The notes below the pieces were generated by a model that was not told the DNA's origin, searched no databases, and saw nothing but the letters and a program-made list of their open reading frames with translations. From Desulfatiglandales bacterium (GTDB taxonomy: Bacteria; Desulfobacterota; DSM-4660; Desulfatiglandales; Desulfatiglandaceae), in contig OY762721.1 of assembly GCA_963666345.1 (NCBI GenBank), positions 3,296,001-3,360,000 on the forward strand: 64,000 nt of DNA, in the 5' to 3' direction. Of this stretch, positions 48,927-59,814 are shown one piece after another. The translations under genes and the position numbers were made by a program. Position 1 is the stretch's first letter. Every line of letters begins with the position of its first letter.

Positions 48927-49370
48927 ATGGAACATGTACCTTGCGAATCATTGGGTTATCTGCTGTCCCATGCTTCAAGAAGTCTCAATGCCTGTCTTAA
49001 TGCCATGTTTGTGCGTGGCGGCCACCGGGTTACCGCGGAGCAGTGGAAAATACTTCAGCATCTCTGGACAAAGGACGGGGTTCCCCAGAAGGAGCTTGCT
49101 TCAATGATCGGCAGGGATGAGACCATGACGACCCGCTTTATAGACGGCCTTGAAAAAGGGGACTACGTGGTGAGGATCCCCGATCAAAAGGACAGAAGAA
49201 GAAAGAGGATCTATCTCACGCGCAAAGGCAGGAGTTCAAAAGAGGTGCTCAATAGGCTTGCCCGCGAAAATCTGGAAGAGGCGTGTCTCGGGCTGTCGGA
49301 AAGAGAGGTGGAACGATTAAAGGCCGGGCTGCGATCAATTATGCAGAATCTGAAGAATAAAAAGGCATGA
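48927..49370 (+). CDS. MarR family transcriptional regulator
   Basis: VTAEQW.IL..LW..DG..QKELA, LEK..YV.R.PD.KDRR...IYLT.KG. Confidence 0.92.
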   Translation: MEHVPCESLGYLLSHASRSLNACLNAMFVRGGHRVTAEQWKILQHLWTKDGVPQKELASMIGRDETMTTRFIDGLEKGDYVVRIPDQKDRRRKRIYLTRKGRSSKEVLNRLARENLEEACLGLSEREVERLKAGLRSIMQNLKNKKA

Positions 49371-49430
49371 ATTTATTAGCATATAACTTGCAATTACAAT
49401 AAATAAATTCAAGAGAAACCATCCTGATAT

Positions 49431-50816
49431 ATGAAAACCGAAGAAAAACAAAAACGGATCAAACGATCAACATTGATTGTGTCGACAATCGCATGTTTTC
49501 TTTCCCCATATCTTGGCTCGGCGGTAAATGTATGCCTGCCGGCAATGCAGCAGGACCTTTCCATAGATGCGGTGCTTTTGAGCTGGATTACGACTTCCTA
49601 TGTCCTGACAAATGCCATGTTCGCGCTTCCGCTCGGCAAGGTCTCGGATATCTGGGGAAGAAAGAAAAGCCTTGCAACAGGGATCGGACTCATAATGATT
49701 TCCTCTTTTTTATGCCCCTTTGCCGGAACAGCCGGGGTCATGATTGCCCTGCGTGTATTTCAGGGGATAGGCGGGGGGCTTGTTTCGGTTGCCGGCCTTG
49801 CCATTGTTTCATCTGTCTTTTCCCCGAAGGAAAGGGGAAAGGTGCTGGGAATAGTGATCGCATCGGTTTACGCGGGCCTGTCTGTCGGCCCTTTTGCAGG
49901 AGGGTTTCTTACCCAGACATTCGGCTGGAAGAGCGTATTTCTGTCTGCCGCGCTGATGGGATTTATCGCCCTTTTATTCATAGTTTTCGGGTTGAAGGGT
50001 GAATGGGCGGACGCGGCAGGGGAGAGGCTTGATTTTTCAGGATGTTTTCTCTATTCCCTTTCCATCTTTCTTGTCACCTACGGGGCTACCATGCTTCCAT
50101 CCCTTGATGCAGGTTTTTTTATCGCAGCAGGAACGGTCTGCCTCTTTTTTTTCGTGGTTCATCAGATGCGTTCTTCCACGCCCCTTTTCGATGTACGCCT
50201 TTTTGTGAGCAACAGGGTCTTTACGTTTTCAAGCCTTGCAGCGCTTATTCATTATTCGGCAATCTTTGCCGTAACCTTTCTGATGAGTCTCTATCTCCAG
50301 TATGTGCTGGGGCTTTCTCCCCAGACCGCAGGCCTCGTTCTGCTTGCCCAGCCCCTTATGCAGACCGTTTTTACACCTGTCGCAGGGAAGCTCTCCGACA
50401 TGAAGGACCCTGGTCGTGTAGCATCCCTGGGCATGGCGGTAACAGGACTGGGTCTGCTTCTGCTTATCTTTCTTAAAACCGATTCATCCCCTGCCTTTAT
50501 CATTATAAGCCTGATGCTTCTGGGGCTTGGGTATGCATTTTTTTCATCCCCCAATATGAATGCGATAATGGGATCGGTTGAAAAGCGCCATTACGGGATC
50601 GCATCAAGTGTTACCGCGACCATGAGGAGCCTCGGCATGACCGCGAGCATGGCCGTGGCAACGGTTACCATTTCCATCTGCATAGGAAGAAACGAGATCG
50701 CAGCGGAGACTTTTCCGGCACTCCTTGAAACAATGAGGATATGCTTTACGATTTCCATCGTGCTCTGCTGCTTCGGTATCGTGGCTTCCCTTTCACGCGG
50801 AAAGGTAAATAAGTGA
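49431..50816 (+). CDS. DHA2-type (14-TM) MFS efflux transporter
   Basis: GKVSDIWGRKK, RVFQGIG, ERGKVLG, GP..GG.L, FSSPNMNAIMGSV. Confidence 0.92.
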   Translation: MKTEEKQKRIKRSTLIVSTIACFLSPYLGSAVNVCLPAMQQDLSIDAVLLSWITTSYVLTNAMFALPLGKVSDIWGRKKSLATGIGLIMISSFLCPFAGTAGVMIALRVFQGIGGGLVSVAGLAIVSSVFSPKERGKVLGIVIASVYAGLSVGPFAGGFLTQTFGWKSVFLSAALMGFIALLFIVFGLKGEWADAAGERLDFSGCFLYSLSIFLVTYGATMLPSLDAGFFIAAGTVCLFFFVVHQMRSSTPLFDVRLFVSNRVFTFSSLAALIHYSAIFAVTFLMSLYLQYVLGLSPQTAGLVLLAQPLMQTVFTPVAGKLSDMKDPGRVASLGMAVTGLGLLLLIFLKTDSSPAFIIISLMLLGLGYAFFSSPNMNAIMGSVEKRHYGIASSVTATMRSLGMTASMAVATVTISICIGRNEIAAETFPALLETMRICFTISIVLCCFGIVASLSRGKVNK

Positions 50817-50974
50817 AGATACGGCAAGGTCTAAGACGGGGAGCGGGTCCTGCCGCGAATAGCCAGGCGAATCAAGGCAAAGACCATGAGCGGCTGCTAA
50901 CGGATTCCGGAACATTTTCATTGAAAAAATGAAAACAATTGAGTCCATGCTATGGATTTGCTATATATAAATTT

Positions 50975-51457
50975 GGATCATCTCCAAAAGAGTTGGTCTA
51001 AATGAAGGATTGGAGGGGTCAAGGGGCCGCGGGTTCGAGTGAAAAGCTTAAAGATCATAGGAAGTTAAACGTTCGGTAAAAAAAATTGTATACACCTTGT
51101 TTGCATATGTATAAAGAAACGAAATGTTTTTTTAAAGATGAGCAATACTGTTTTACCTCCCGAATCAGAAGATCCGCTGTTTTCGTATCAAGGGATACCG
51201 CCTAAGGGTATGGGAGAAAAACGGCTATAGAGTATATGCAATTTTTCTTTATTGCATATGGTTTAGCCTGTGAATTGGAAACCCGGGACATGATATCAGT
51301 TGGCCTGGGTTATTTGAAAGAAGTAAGCTTCAGAGATTAAGAAGGGAAATAAGGGATGTCGGGGCAATGTCCAAAGCGATGATCAAATCCCTGGAAAGAA
51401 AACCCTTGAATCCTTGGACCCTTGGACCCTCTTCGACAACTAAGTTGGAGAAGAACC
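50975..51457 (+). mobile_element. Non-autonomous element copy 2 (483 bp), 8-bp TSD ATAAATTT
   Basis: Ends ggatcatctccaaaagagttg.. and ..caactaagttggagaagaacc. ATAAATTT at 50967-50974 and 51458-51465. Confidence 0.9.
51044..51416 (+). pseudogene. Decayed four-helix-bundle (23S rRNA IVP / TIGR02436-like) gene inside the element
   Basis: Pieces: KLKDHRKLNVR*K / ..KDEQYCFTSRIRRSAV..TA*GYGRKT..EY.QF..IAYG..CELET..LGYL / ..KAMIKSLE. Start codon lost, 2 stops, 2 frameshifts. Confidence 0.8.
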
Positions 51458-51689
51458 ATAAATTTAAATGTCGGCTTTTTCCCCGATCTTCTTACCTTAA
51501 ACCGAAATCGATTTTTGCGATTTACATTTTTTTCGCTCAATGTGAAAGCACTTAATCTTTTTCTCAAAATTTTTTGGCTGTCTGTTAGTGATCCCTGTTC
51601 CATTTAAAGATACAAGATTCTCCAACACAGATCCTGTAGGCCGTTTTAATCGAGGACTTTTTTTTAACCTTAGCGTTAAGGAGGTTGCT

Positions 51690-53138
51690 ATGAGTGCAAA
51701 AAAATTGACGACATCGGCCGGGGCACCGGTTACAGACAACCAGAACTCGCTTACCGCCGGTCCGCGAGGGCCTCTTCTGGTGCAGGACTATCCGCTTATG
51801 GAAAAGCTCGCACACCAGAACCGGGAGCGGATACCTGAGCGTGTCGTGCATGCAAAGGGGTGGGGCGCGCACGGCATATTCACGGTCACCCACGACATTA
51901 CGAAGTACACAAAGGCCGCGGTATTCTCCGAGGTGGGAAAGAAGACCGAAATGATAGCCCGTTTTTCCACCGTGGCTGGCGAGCTTGGCGCGGCCGATGC
52001 CGAGCGGGACGTGCGAGGCTTTGCTCTAAAGTTCTATACGGAAGAGGGCAACTGGGACATGGTGGGAAACAACACGCCTGTATTTTTCGTAAGGGACCCT
52101 TACAAGTTTCCTGACTTTATCCATACCCAGAAGAGACATCCCAGGACCAATATGCGATCACCGAAGGCGATGTGGGATTTCTGGTCACTTTCACCCGAAT
52201 CGCTACACCAGGTAACGATCCTTTTCTCCGACCGGGGTCTTCCCGTCGGGGTTCGTAACATAAACGGGTACAGCAGTCACACATACAGCTTCATCAATGA
52301 CGAAAATGAACGTTTCTGGGTCAAGTTTCATTTCAAGACCATGCAGGGTCACAAACACTGGACTAATGCCGAGGCAGCCGAGGTAGTGGGAAGGACCAGG
52401 GAATCGACGCAGGAGGACCTGTATAACGCCATTGAAAGGGGGGATTTCCCCAAGTGGAGCTTCCAGATCCAGGTCATGCCTGAAAAAGATGCTGAAAAGA
52501 CCCCATATAACCCGTTTGATCTCACCAAGGTGTGGCCGCACGGGGATTACCCGATGATCGATGCCGGGATCATGGAATTGAACCGTAATCCGGATAACTA
52601 TTTTACGGAAGTGGAGCTTGCAGCCTTTTCACCCTCGAATATAGTTCCCGGCATAAGCTTTTCACCCGATAAGATGCTGCAGGCAAGGGTGTTTTCCTAT
52701 GCGGATGCGCACCGCTACAGGCTGGGGACCCATTACGAAGCCCTGCCGATAAATGCTCCCAGATGCCCGGTGAATCACTACCACAAGGACGGGAAGATGA
52801 GGTTCTCTCCCAACTTCCCCAACCCTGACGCATATTATGAGCCGAACTCATTTAGCGGACCAGTTGAGAGCCCTGAATTCAAGGAGCCGCCTCTCAAGAT
52901 AAGCGGTGATGCGGACCGATACAACCACAGAGAGGGAAATGACGACTACGGACAGCCCAGAGCCCTGTTCAATCTCTTTGACGAGGGGCAGAAGGCCCGG
53001 CTTTTCTCGAACATTGCCGAGGCCATGCAGGGAGTGCCGGAGGAGATCATCGAGCGCCAGCTCGGGCACTTTGAAAAGGTGCACCCTGATTACGGCGCAG
53101 GAGTTCGTGCGGCATTGGATGAGTTGGCAAAGAAGTAG
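51690..53138 (+). CDS. katA: Monofunctional haem catalase (small subunit)
   Basis: [55 protein letters not shown] before ATG at 51690. Confidence 0.96.
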   Translation: MSAKKLTTSAGAPVTDNQNSLTAGPRGPLLVQDYPLMEKLAHQNRERIPERVVHAKGWGAHGIFTVTHDITKYTKAAVFSEVGKKTEMIARFSTVAGELGAADAERDVRGFALKFYTEEGNWDMVGNNTPVFFVRDPYKFPDFIHTQKRHPRTNMRSPKAMWDFWSLSPESLHQVTILFSDRGLPVGVRNINGYSSHTYSFINDENERFWVKFHFKTMQGHKHWTNAEAAEVVGRTRESTQEDLYNAIERGDFPKWSFQIQVMPEKDAEKTPYNPFDLTKVWPHGDYPMIDAGIMELNRNPDNYFTEVELAAFSPSNIVPGISFSPDKMLQARVFSYADAHRYRLGTHYEALPINAPRCPVNHYHKDGKMRFSPNFPNPDAYYEPNSFSGPVESPEFKEPPLKISGDADRYNHREGNDDYGQPRALFNLFDEGQKARLFSNIAEAMQGVPEEIIERQLGHFEKVHPDYGAGVRAALDELAKK

Positions 53139-53200
53139 GAAAAAAGGCCTGCTGACAAGTGAGTCCCGGTTGTTACCCAAGTGATAATTGAAGTAAAACA

Positions 53201-53232
53201 AAGGCCGTTTCTTCTTAATGGGAAACGGCCTT
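53201..53232. terminator. Intrinsic terminator after catalase
   Basis: aaggccgtttc..gaaacggcctt, then T-rich sequence. Confidence 0.7.
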
Positions 53233-53579
53233 ATATTTTCTCCAGGCCTATACCGATCAAGGCAAAGGAGAGGATTCTGCTATCGCCTTGTTCCCAGGAC
53301 CCGGGTATGATCCAAACCGATTACCCTGGCCGGGATTCCTGATCTTGGCCTTAAAGGGGCCGTTGTTTTTGTAAATGCACGGGCAAACGCATGGGGCTTT
53401 TACCTTCGTGCCCGGATCGCATCACACCAATGAATGTAGATGCAAGACCTATCCTGATATCAGACTGTGGCTGACCAGGGGGTAAATGCCTGCTTGACAA
53501 CAGGGTCAATGCCGGTTATCTGAATTATAGTTGCGGTTTTCCTGTTACTCTCAACGATCTATGGAGGTAGGTATCTGAT

Positions 53580-54668
53580 ATGGAAGAGGTAATTGAGCTG
53601 ACAAAGGACCTTGTTCGATTCAGGACCATGCACTCGAACCCTGATGAAATCGGAAGGTGCGCTGAGTTCATTCAGGATTACCTGGAAGGGCGTGGCATCA
53701 AATACCGGCGTATCGAGCACAATGGCGTCCCGTCCGTTTTGGCGCTTCCAAAGGAGGGTTATGCCCCGGTGCTTCTGATGTCACACATTGATGTGGTGGA
53801 CGCGGATAAGGATATGTTCACGCCCAGGCAGGAAGGGGGCGCCCTTTACGGCCGGGGGAGTCTCGACGACAAGTATGCCGCGGCCCTGTCCCTGGTGTTG
53901 CTCAAAAACTTTTTTGAGGACTTCAGGGAAAGGGGATTGGGCCAGCAGGACCTGCCCTTCGGAGTCCTTATCACAGGCGATGAGGAGGTCGGGGGTTACA
54001 ACGGCGCCAAATACTCCTTGAACCGGGTCGGCGCGGATTTCTGTATCGCCCTGGATGGTGGCTCTTTGAGCAAGATAGTGGTCAAGGAAAAAGGGCTTAT
54101 TAAACTGAAATTGATCTCCAGAGGCATGACCGCCCATGGGGCCAGGCCCTGGCTGGGTGAAAACGCGATCGAGAAACTGATTGACGATTACCGGAAAATA
54201 AGCTCCTTTTTTGAGGAGTCAGCCCCGGATCACTGGCACCGGACCCTTAATTTCAGTATCGTGCATGCGGGAAAATCTGTCAATCAGGTCCCTGATTACG
54301 CAGAGGCATTCTTTGACATCCGTTACACGGAAAATGACGACATGGATGCCCTTGTCGGGGAAATCCAGAGTCGGATCAAGGGTGAACTCGTGGTAGAGAC
54401 GAAAGAACCCCTTTTTACAGGTGGCGAATCCCCTTATCTGGATCTGCTTTTAAAGATTTCCGGGGATACCGAGGTGGGGTTCGAACATGGGGCAAGTGAT
54501 GCCCGCTTCCTTTCAGACCACGGCATAAGGGGTATCGTGTGGGGAGCCGATGGGGATGTGAGTCAGCACTCTGAAAACGAGCACGTGAACCTGGATAGTG
54601 TTGCCGGCCTGTATGAGCGCCTTGAAGGTTTCATGAAGGCGGTTTACGAAAAGGAGATGACAGCCTAG
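53580..54668 (+). CDS. M20 family metallopeptidase/deacylase (ArgE/DapE-like)
   Basis: SHIDVV, GRGSLDDK, DEE.GG, HGA.PW.G.NA, ASDARF, H..NE. Confidence 0.92.
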   Translation: MEEVIELTKDLVRFRTMHSNPDEIGRCAEFIQDYLEGRGIKYRRIEHNGVPSVLALPKEGYAPVLLMSHIDVVDADKDMFTPRQEGGALYGRGSLDDKYAAALSLVLLKNFFEDFRERGLGQQDLPFGVLITGDEEVGGYNGAKYSLNRVGADFCIALDGGSLSKIVVKEKGLIKLKLISRGMTAHGARPWLGENAIEKLIDDYRKISSFFEESAPDHWHRTLNFSIVHAGKSVNQVPDYAEAFFDIRYTENDDMDALVGEIQSRIKGELVVETKEPLFTGGESPYLDLLLKISGDTEVGFEHGASDARFLSDHGIRGIVWGADGDVSQHSENEHVNLDSVAGLYERLEGFMKAVYEKEMTA

Positions 54669-55070
54669 TATTTTTCGGCCCGGTGCCCGGATGAGGCGAT
54701 GCCGTCATTCGAACCGGCAAAGGCATTATCCGGAAACCGTTTGAAACAGGTTTTTCCCGATTCAGATTGGAGAAAAGGGTCCAAGGGCTCACCCCTTTTC
54801 ACTCAATCAGGATATCCTTATCCGGCCCTTTTTGAGATTAACTGATCGGGAGGTGATCTCCAAAATATAATTGACATTGAGTAACCTTGCTGTTAGTTAA
54901 AAAAGCAAAACAATAGATGTCTCTGTTCGATATGGCGATGTTGCGGATTCCATCCACTTAATATCTAAACTTGAAGCCGACAGAATGGGTTTCAGGTCGT
55001 TTCTTTAAAAAAATTACAGCCCTAACTGAAAATTCACCTGAAGTTTACGTGGACAATCCGGATTGCCGCA

Positions 55071-56066
55071 ATGAGCAAAAGCTCAAATCTTCTCCAGGTC
55101 GAAGGATTGAAGACCTATTTCCATACCTTTGAGGGCACAGCCAGGGCCGTCGATGATGTCTCCTTTTATCTCAATAAAGGAGAGGTCCTCGGTATAGTGG
55201 GAGAGTCCGGCTGCGGCAAAAGCGTTACAGCCCAGTCCATCATGCGTCTTATCCCTGTGCCGCCCGGTCGAATCGTTCACGGCAAAATCCTGTTTGATGA
55301 CATTGATGTAGTGGGCCTGAACATGGAGGCGATGCGAAGAATTCGCGGCAATCGTATCTCCATGATCTTCCAGGAGCCCATGACCTCCCTCAACCCGGTC
55401 TATACCATCGGTAACCAGATCTCGGAAATGTTTGTGCTTCATGAGAACAGTTCCAGGTCGGAGGCCTGGGAACGCTCGGTCGAGATGCTCAAGAGGGTAC
55501 AGATTCCCGCACCTGAGAAAAGGGTGCATGAGTACCCCCATCAGCTGTCAGGGGGGATGAGGCAGAGGGCCATGATCGCCATGGCCCTGTCGTGTAATCC
55601 TGAAATTCTCATAGCGGACGAGCCCACCACCGCACTGGATGTGACGATTCAGGCCCAGATCCTTGACCTGATGATGAAACTCAGACAGGACTATGAAACC
55701 GCCGTTATGATGATTACCCACGATCTGGGCGTGATTGCGGAGATCGCCGAGCGCATAGTGGTCATGTATGCAGGTAAGGTGGTTGAGGAGGGAAGGACCG
55801 ATGTGATCTTCGAGCAGCCTGATCACCCGTATACCAGGGGGCTCCTCCGTTCCATTCCCAAACTGGGGGAAAGGGCGCTGCATGGGCGGGAGCGGCTCAA
55901 AGAGATCTCAGGAGTCGTCCCCAGCCTATATGAACTGAGTCCCGGGTGCAGCTTTTCCCCCAGGTGCCCCGATGTCATGGACATATGCAGAAAGAGGTTG
56001 CCTGAGATCAGGGACATGGGGGAGGGACACCGTGTGCGCTGCTGGCTCTATGAGAATGGGAAGTGA
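55071..56066 (+). CDS. Peptide/nickel ABC transporter ATP-binding subunit (DppD/OppD)
   Basis: GESGCGKS, LSGGMRQR, ADEPTTALDVT, C-terminal Cys cluster. Confidence 0.95.
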   Translation: MSKSSNLLQVEGLKTYFHTFEGTARAVDDVSFYLNKGEVLGIVGESGCGKSVTAQSIMRLIPVPPGRIVHGKILFDDIDVVGLNMEAMRRIRGNRISMIFQEPMTSLNPVYTIGNQISEMFVLHENSSRSEAWERSVEMLKRVQIPAPEKRVHEYPHQLSGGMRQRAMIAMALSCNPEILIADEPTTALDVTIQAQILDLMMKLRQDYETAVMMITHDLGVIAEIAERIVVMYAGKVVEEGRTDVIFEQPDHPYTRGLLRSIPKLGERALHGRERLKEISGVVPSLYELSPGCSFSPRCPDVMDICRKRLPEIRDMGEGHRVRCWLYENGK

Positions 56067-56180
56067 TGAAAAAGCCTGTTCCCGGCGTTCATTTATATAG
56101 AGGATTTATAAACGTGGCCGAGGAATCCCGGGGCCTTCCAATCTGAGGGAATTTGATAACCCAATCTTTTTCATGGCGGA

Positions 56181-57155
56181 TTGAGGATTTTGGAAGATCT
56201 TCTCACAGTTAAAGACTTGAGAGTCCATTTCCCGATCAAAAAGGGCCTTCTGGGGAAGACCGTGGATTACGTCTATGCGGTGGACGGCGTATCCTTTGAC
56301 CTGGCAAAAGGTGAAACCATCGGCCTGGTCGGGGAGAGCGGATGCGGCAAGACCACTACCGGGCTTGCGGTGCTTCGGCTGATCGAGCCTACGGCCGGCA
56401 GGGTGACCTTTCAGGGAAGGGATATGTCTGGTTCGAGCAAGGCCGAGCTGAGGGCCATGAAAAGGCAGATGCAGATCATCTTTCAGGACCCCTACTCATC
56501 CCTGAATCCCCGCATGACGGTGAATCATATCCTGAACGACCCGATGGAGATTCATCATGTGTATCCAGGCAGGCAGAGAAAGGACCGAATCGCCTATCTG
56601 CTGGAGAAAGTGGGGCTTTCCCCGGAGCAGGCCCGCCGGTACCCGCATGAGTTTTCAGGCGGTCAGCGCCAGAGGATCGGGATCGCCCGGGCCCTGGCCC
56701 TTAATCCCAGCCTGATTATAGGAGACGAACCGGTATCAGCACTGGACGTCTCGATTCAGGCACAGATCATCAATCTTCTCATCGATCTGCAGACCGAGTT
56801 CGACCTGTCCTACATCATCATCGCGCATGATCTTGCCGTTGTTGAACATATCTGTGACCGGATCGCGGTCATGTACCTCGGGAAAATAGTGGAACTTGCC
56901 ACCTACAGGGATCTCTATTCGAACCCGAGACATCCCTACACCGAGGCGCTTCTTTCAGCCATCCCGGCGCCTGACCCGAAAAAGAAAAAGGACAGGATCA
57001 TCCTTAAGGGGGATGTCCCAAGCCCCATCAATCCCCCTGCCGGGTGCCATTTTCATCCCCGCTGCCCGAGGAGGATGGATATCTGCGATAAAGAACCCCC
57101 CGGGCTGAAGGAGGTTTCAAACGGTCATTTTGTCAATTGCTTTTTGTATGAATGA
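56181..57155 (+). CDS. Peptide ABC transporter ATP-binding subunit (DppF/OppF)
   Basis: [48 protein letters not shown]. Confidence 0.95.
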   Translation: MRILEDLLTVKDLRVHFPIKKGLLGKTVDYVYAVDGVSFDLAKGETIGLVGESGCGKTTTGLAVLRLIEPTAGRVTFQGRDMSGSSKAELRAMKRQMQIIFQDPYSSLNPRMTVNHILNDPMEIHHVYPGRQRKDRIAYLLEKVGLSPEQARRYPHEFSGGQRQRIGIARALALNPSLIIGDEPVSALDVSIQAQIINLLIDLQTEFDLSYIIIAHDLAVVEHICDRIAVMYLGKIVELATYRDLYSNPRHPYTEALLSAIPAPDPKKKKDRIILKGDVPSPINPPAGCHFHPRCPRRMDICDKEPPGLKEVSNGHFVNCFLYE

Positions 57156-57234
57156 ATTCCAGATCTTTTTATCTGAGGAACGGTCTTTGTTGTTAACACT
57201 TTTTCTGAACCGGTGAAAAGGAAAGGGGGTAATT

Positions 57235-58767
57235 ATGAGAAAGTCAATCTTTATCTTTTTGAGTTTTCTGCTTATTGGGGCAATGGTTGCGACAGGGTCG
57301 GCCCTTGCGGCCTCCTCCATCGTTGTAGCGCAGGACACGCCTCCCAGGATGATGAATCCTCACGGAGACGATTCCGACGCTGGTCTGCAGTATATGGCAA
57401 ATTTTTTCGACGGGCTCCTCCAGAGGACGGGTCCCGGGGGAAAGCTGGGACCGGCGCTTGCGACCAGGTGGGAGCATCCCGATCTTCTGACATGGAAGTT
57501 TTACCTCAGAAAGGGTGTCAAGTTTCATAACGGAAACCCTTTTACCGCAGCCGATGTGAAGTTCTCCTTTGAAAGGCTGAGCAATCCCGAGGTCTCCGAG
57601 TTCCTGAACACGGGGAAATCAATCGAATCGATCAATATCATCGACGACTATACCGTGGAGATAAAGACCAAGAAGCCGATCCCATGGTTTGCGAACAACA
57701 TGCACCAGGTCTTTATCATGGACAAGGAGTCAACCGAGGCGAGAGACCAGGGAGATGTGATGGTCAAGCCTGTCGGGACAGGCGCCTATAAGCTGGAGGA
57801 ATGGGTCAAGGGCTCCTATGTCCGCATGTCTGCAAATGAGGAATACTGGGAGGGCGCGCCTTCTCTGAAGAAGGTGGAAGTACGTCCCATAAAGGAATCA
57901 TCGACCCGATTCGCGGCGCTTGTGTCCGGACAGGTGGGGATTGTCACAGGTATCCCGGTGGAACTCTTTGACAAGGTGAAAAAGAACCCCAAGCTTGAAA
58001 TAATAAGCCGCGCAGCAAGAAGATCCATCTTCCTGGCCCTAGGCAATAAGCCAGGTTCTCCCATGGCGGACATTCGGGTGAGAAAGGCCATGTACATGGC
58101 CATCAATGAAGATGAAATAATCGAAAAGATCATGCGGGGGCACGCAACACCTGCGGCACAGATCCCGGATCCCCCGACGATAGGTTACAACGGGGATATA
58201 AAAAGGCTGAAATATGATCCTGAAGAGGCCAAAAAACTCCTCAAGGAGGCTGGCTATGAAAAAGGCTTTGAGGTAACCCTTTCAGGTCCCAACGACCGTT
58301 ATGTCCAGGATGCCAAGATCGCCGAGGCCGTGGCCCGCTACTTGGCCAAGGTGGGCATAAAGGCCAAGCTGGATGTGAAACCCAAATCAATCTTTTTCCC
58401 TGACGTGGCCGAGGGAAAACTGGAGTTTTATCTGATAGGCTGGTTCGACGGCACATTCGACATGGGAAGGACCTATTTCAAGCTCGCCCACAGCCGGGAT
58501 CGGGACAAGGGTTACGGCGGTCTGAACGGCGCGGCCTACGGCGATCCCGCTATAGACAAACTGCTGGAATCAACCGCCGACATCGTTGATCCTCCGAAGA
58601 GAAAAGAGACCCTTGAAAAGCTGAATGCCATGGCCATGACAGACAAGATAATCTGGATCCCGCTTCACTATCAGGAAGACCTTTATGCCGTCAATAAGGG
58701 CAGGGGCATTACATTCAACCCTCGTCCCGACCGCTGGATGGTATACAAGGAAATTTCGAAAAAATAA
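57235..58767 (+). CDS. ABC transporter substrate-binding protein (family 5, DppA-like)
   Basis: Signal peptide, LRKGVKFHNG..FTA.DVKFS, PVGTGAY, YDPEEAKKLLKEAG. Confidence 0.93.
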   Translation: MRKSIFIFLSFLLIGAMVATGSALAASSIVVAQDTPPRMMNPHGDDSDAGLQYMANFFDGLLQRTGPGGKLGPALATRWEHPDLLTWKFYLRKGVKFHNGNPFTAADVKFSFERLSNPEVSEFLNTGKSIESINIIDDYTVEIKTKKPIPWFANNMHQVFIMDKESTEARDQGDVMVKPVGTGAYKLEEWVKGSYVRMSANEEYWEGAPSLKKVEVRPIKESSTRFAALVSGQVGIVTGIPVELFDKVKKNPKLEIISRAARRSIFLALGNKPGSPMADIRVRKAMYMAINEDEIIEKIMRGHATPAAQIPDPPTIGYNGDIKRLKYDPEEAKKLLKEAGYEKGFEVTLSGPNDRYVQDAKIAEAVARYLAKVGIKAKLDVKPKSIFFPDVAEGKLEFYLIGWFDGTFDMGRTYFKLAHSRDRDKGYGGLNGAAYGDPAIDKLLESTADIVDPPKRKETLEKLNAMAMTDKIIWIPLHYQEDLYAVNKGRGITFNPRPDRWMVYKEISKK

Positions 58768-58848
58768 AACTGACAGGCGCCGGGGCAGGTTCACAGCTGG
58801 CCCGGCGCCGCTACTTAAGGGTCCTTTTGTGACCCTTGTTGAGATTAT

Positions 58849-59814
58849 ATGGCCGCATACATTGCAAGAAGAATGATCCAGGGCCTGATAGTCCTACTGG
58901 CCGTTTCCATGATCTGTTTTGTTATCTTCCGGTACATGGGGGACCCGGTCGTCACCATGGCGGGCAGATACGCGACCTTTGACGAGAGGGAAGAGGTCCG
59001 GCATATGCTGGGACTGGATCAGCCCATATATGTTCAGTACTGGCGGTTCATCTCTAATGCGGCCCATGGTAACTTCGGCAAATCCTATGTGAGCCGGGTC
59101 CCGGCCCTGGGACTCATACTGGAAAGATTTCCCGCAACCTTCGAGCTTGCATGCACGGCCGTTATCATGGCCTTTGCCATAGGGGTGGTCCTGGGCGTGG
59201 TGGTCGCCTTAAAACCGTATGCCATGAGAAACCGTCTGATCATGACTGCGTCTTTAGGGGGTATCTCCATCCCGACGTTTCTCATGGGGATACTTCTGAT
59301 CATGGTCTTTTCCGTATACCTGGGCATGCTTCCTCCCTTCGGCCGGGGTGATACGGTGCAGGTGGGCGCGTGGAGAACGGGGTTTCTCACCCTGAGCGGC
59401 ATCAAACACCTTATACTTCCCGCCGCGACCCTTGCCATGTATCAGCTCGCAGTGCTTCTCAGGCTTACCAGGGCGGGCATGCGGGAGGTGCTGACCGAGG
59501 AATACATCAAGACGGCATGGGCCAAGGGTCTTTCCCCCATGAAGGTGATCTTCAAGCATGCCCTGAGAAATGTCCTGATCCCGGTAGTGACGATTACCGG
59601 TCTCCAGTTCGGGGAGGTCATCGCCTTTTCCATAGTAACCGAGACCATTTTCCAGTGGCCTGGCATGGGCAACCTCCTGCTCACGTCCATGTATGAGTCG
59701 GACCGGCCGGTGGTGGTTACCTATATCATGATGGTCGCGGTGATCATTATTACTCTTAACATCGTTGTGGACATACTTTACGCATTGATAAATCCGAAGA
59801 TCCGCTATGAATAA
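58849..59814 (+). CDS. ABC transporter permease (DppB/OppB)
   Basis: LGLDQP...QY, RFPATFEL, YIKTAWAKGL..KHAL, ETIFQWPGMG, NPKIR. Confidence 0.95.
   Translation: MAAYIARRMIQGLIVLLAVSMICFVIFRYMGDPVVTMAGRYATFDEREEVRHMLGLDQPIYVQYWRFISNAAHGNFGKSYVSRVPALGLILERFPATFELACTAVIMAFAIGVVLGVVVALKPYAMRNRLIMTASLGGISIPTFLMGILLIMVFSVYLGMLPPFGRGDTVQVGAWRTGFLTLSGIKHLILPAATLAMYQLAVLLRLTRAGMREVLTEEYIKTAWAKGLSPMKVIFKHALRNVLIPVVTITGLQFGEVIAFSIVTETIFQWPGMGNLLLTSMYESDRPVVVTYIMMVAVIIITLNIVVDILYALINPKIRYE

Noticed and set aside
51044..51416. Diversity-generating retroelement, suggested by the Avd-like fold
   Set aside because: No reverse transcriptase and no TR/VR pair. The differences between the two element copies are not adenine-specific.
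51337..51689. Small ORFs in and after element copy 2, and the upstream GTG start for catalase (51588)
   Set aside because: These are fragments of the decayed cargo or repeats. The catalase RBS supports ATG 51690.
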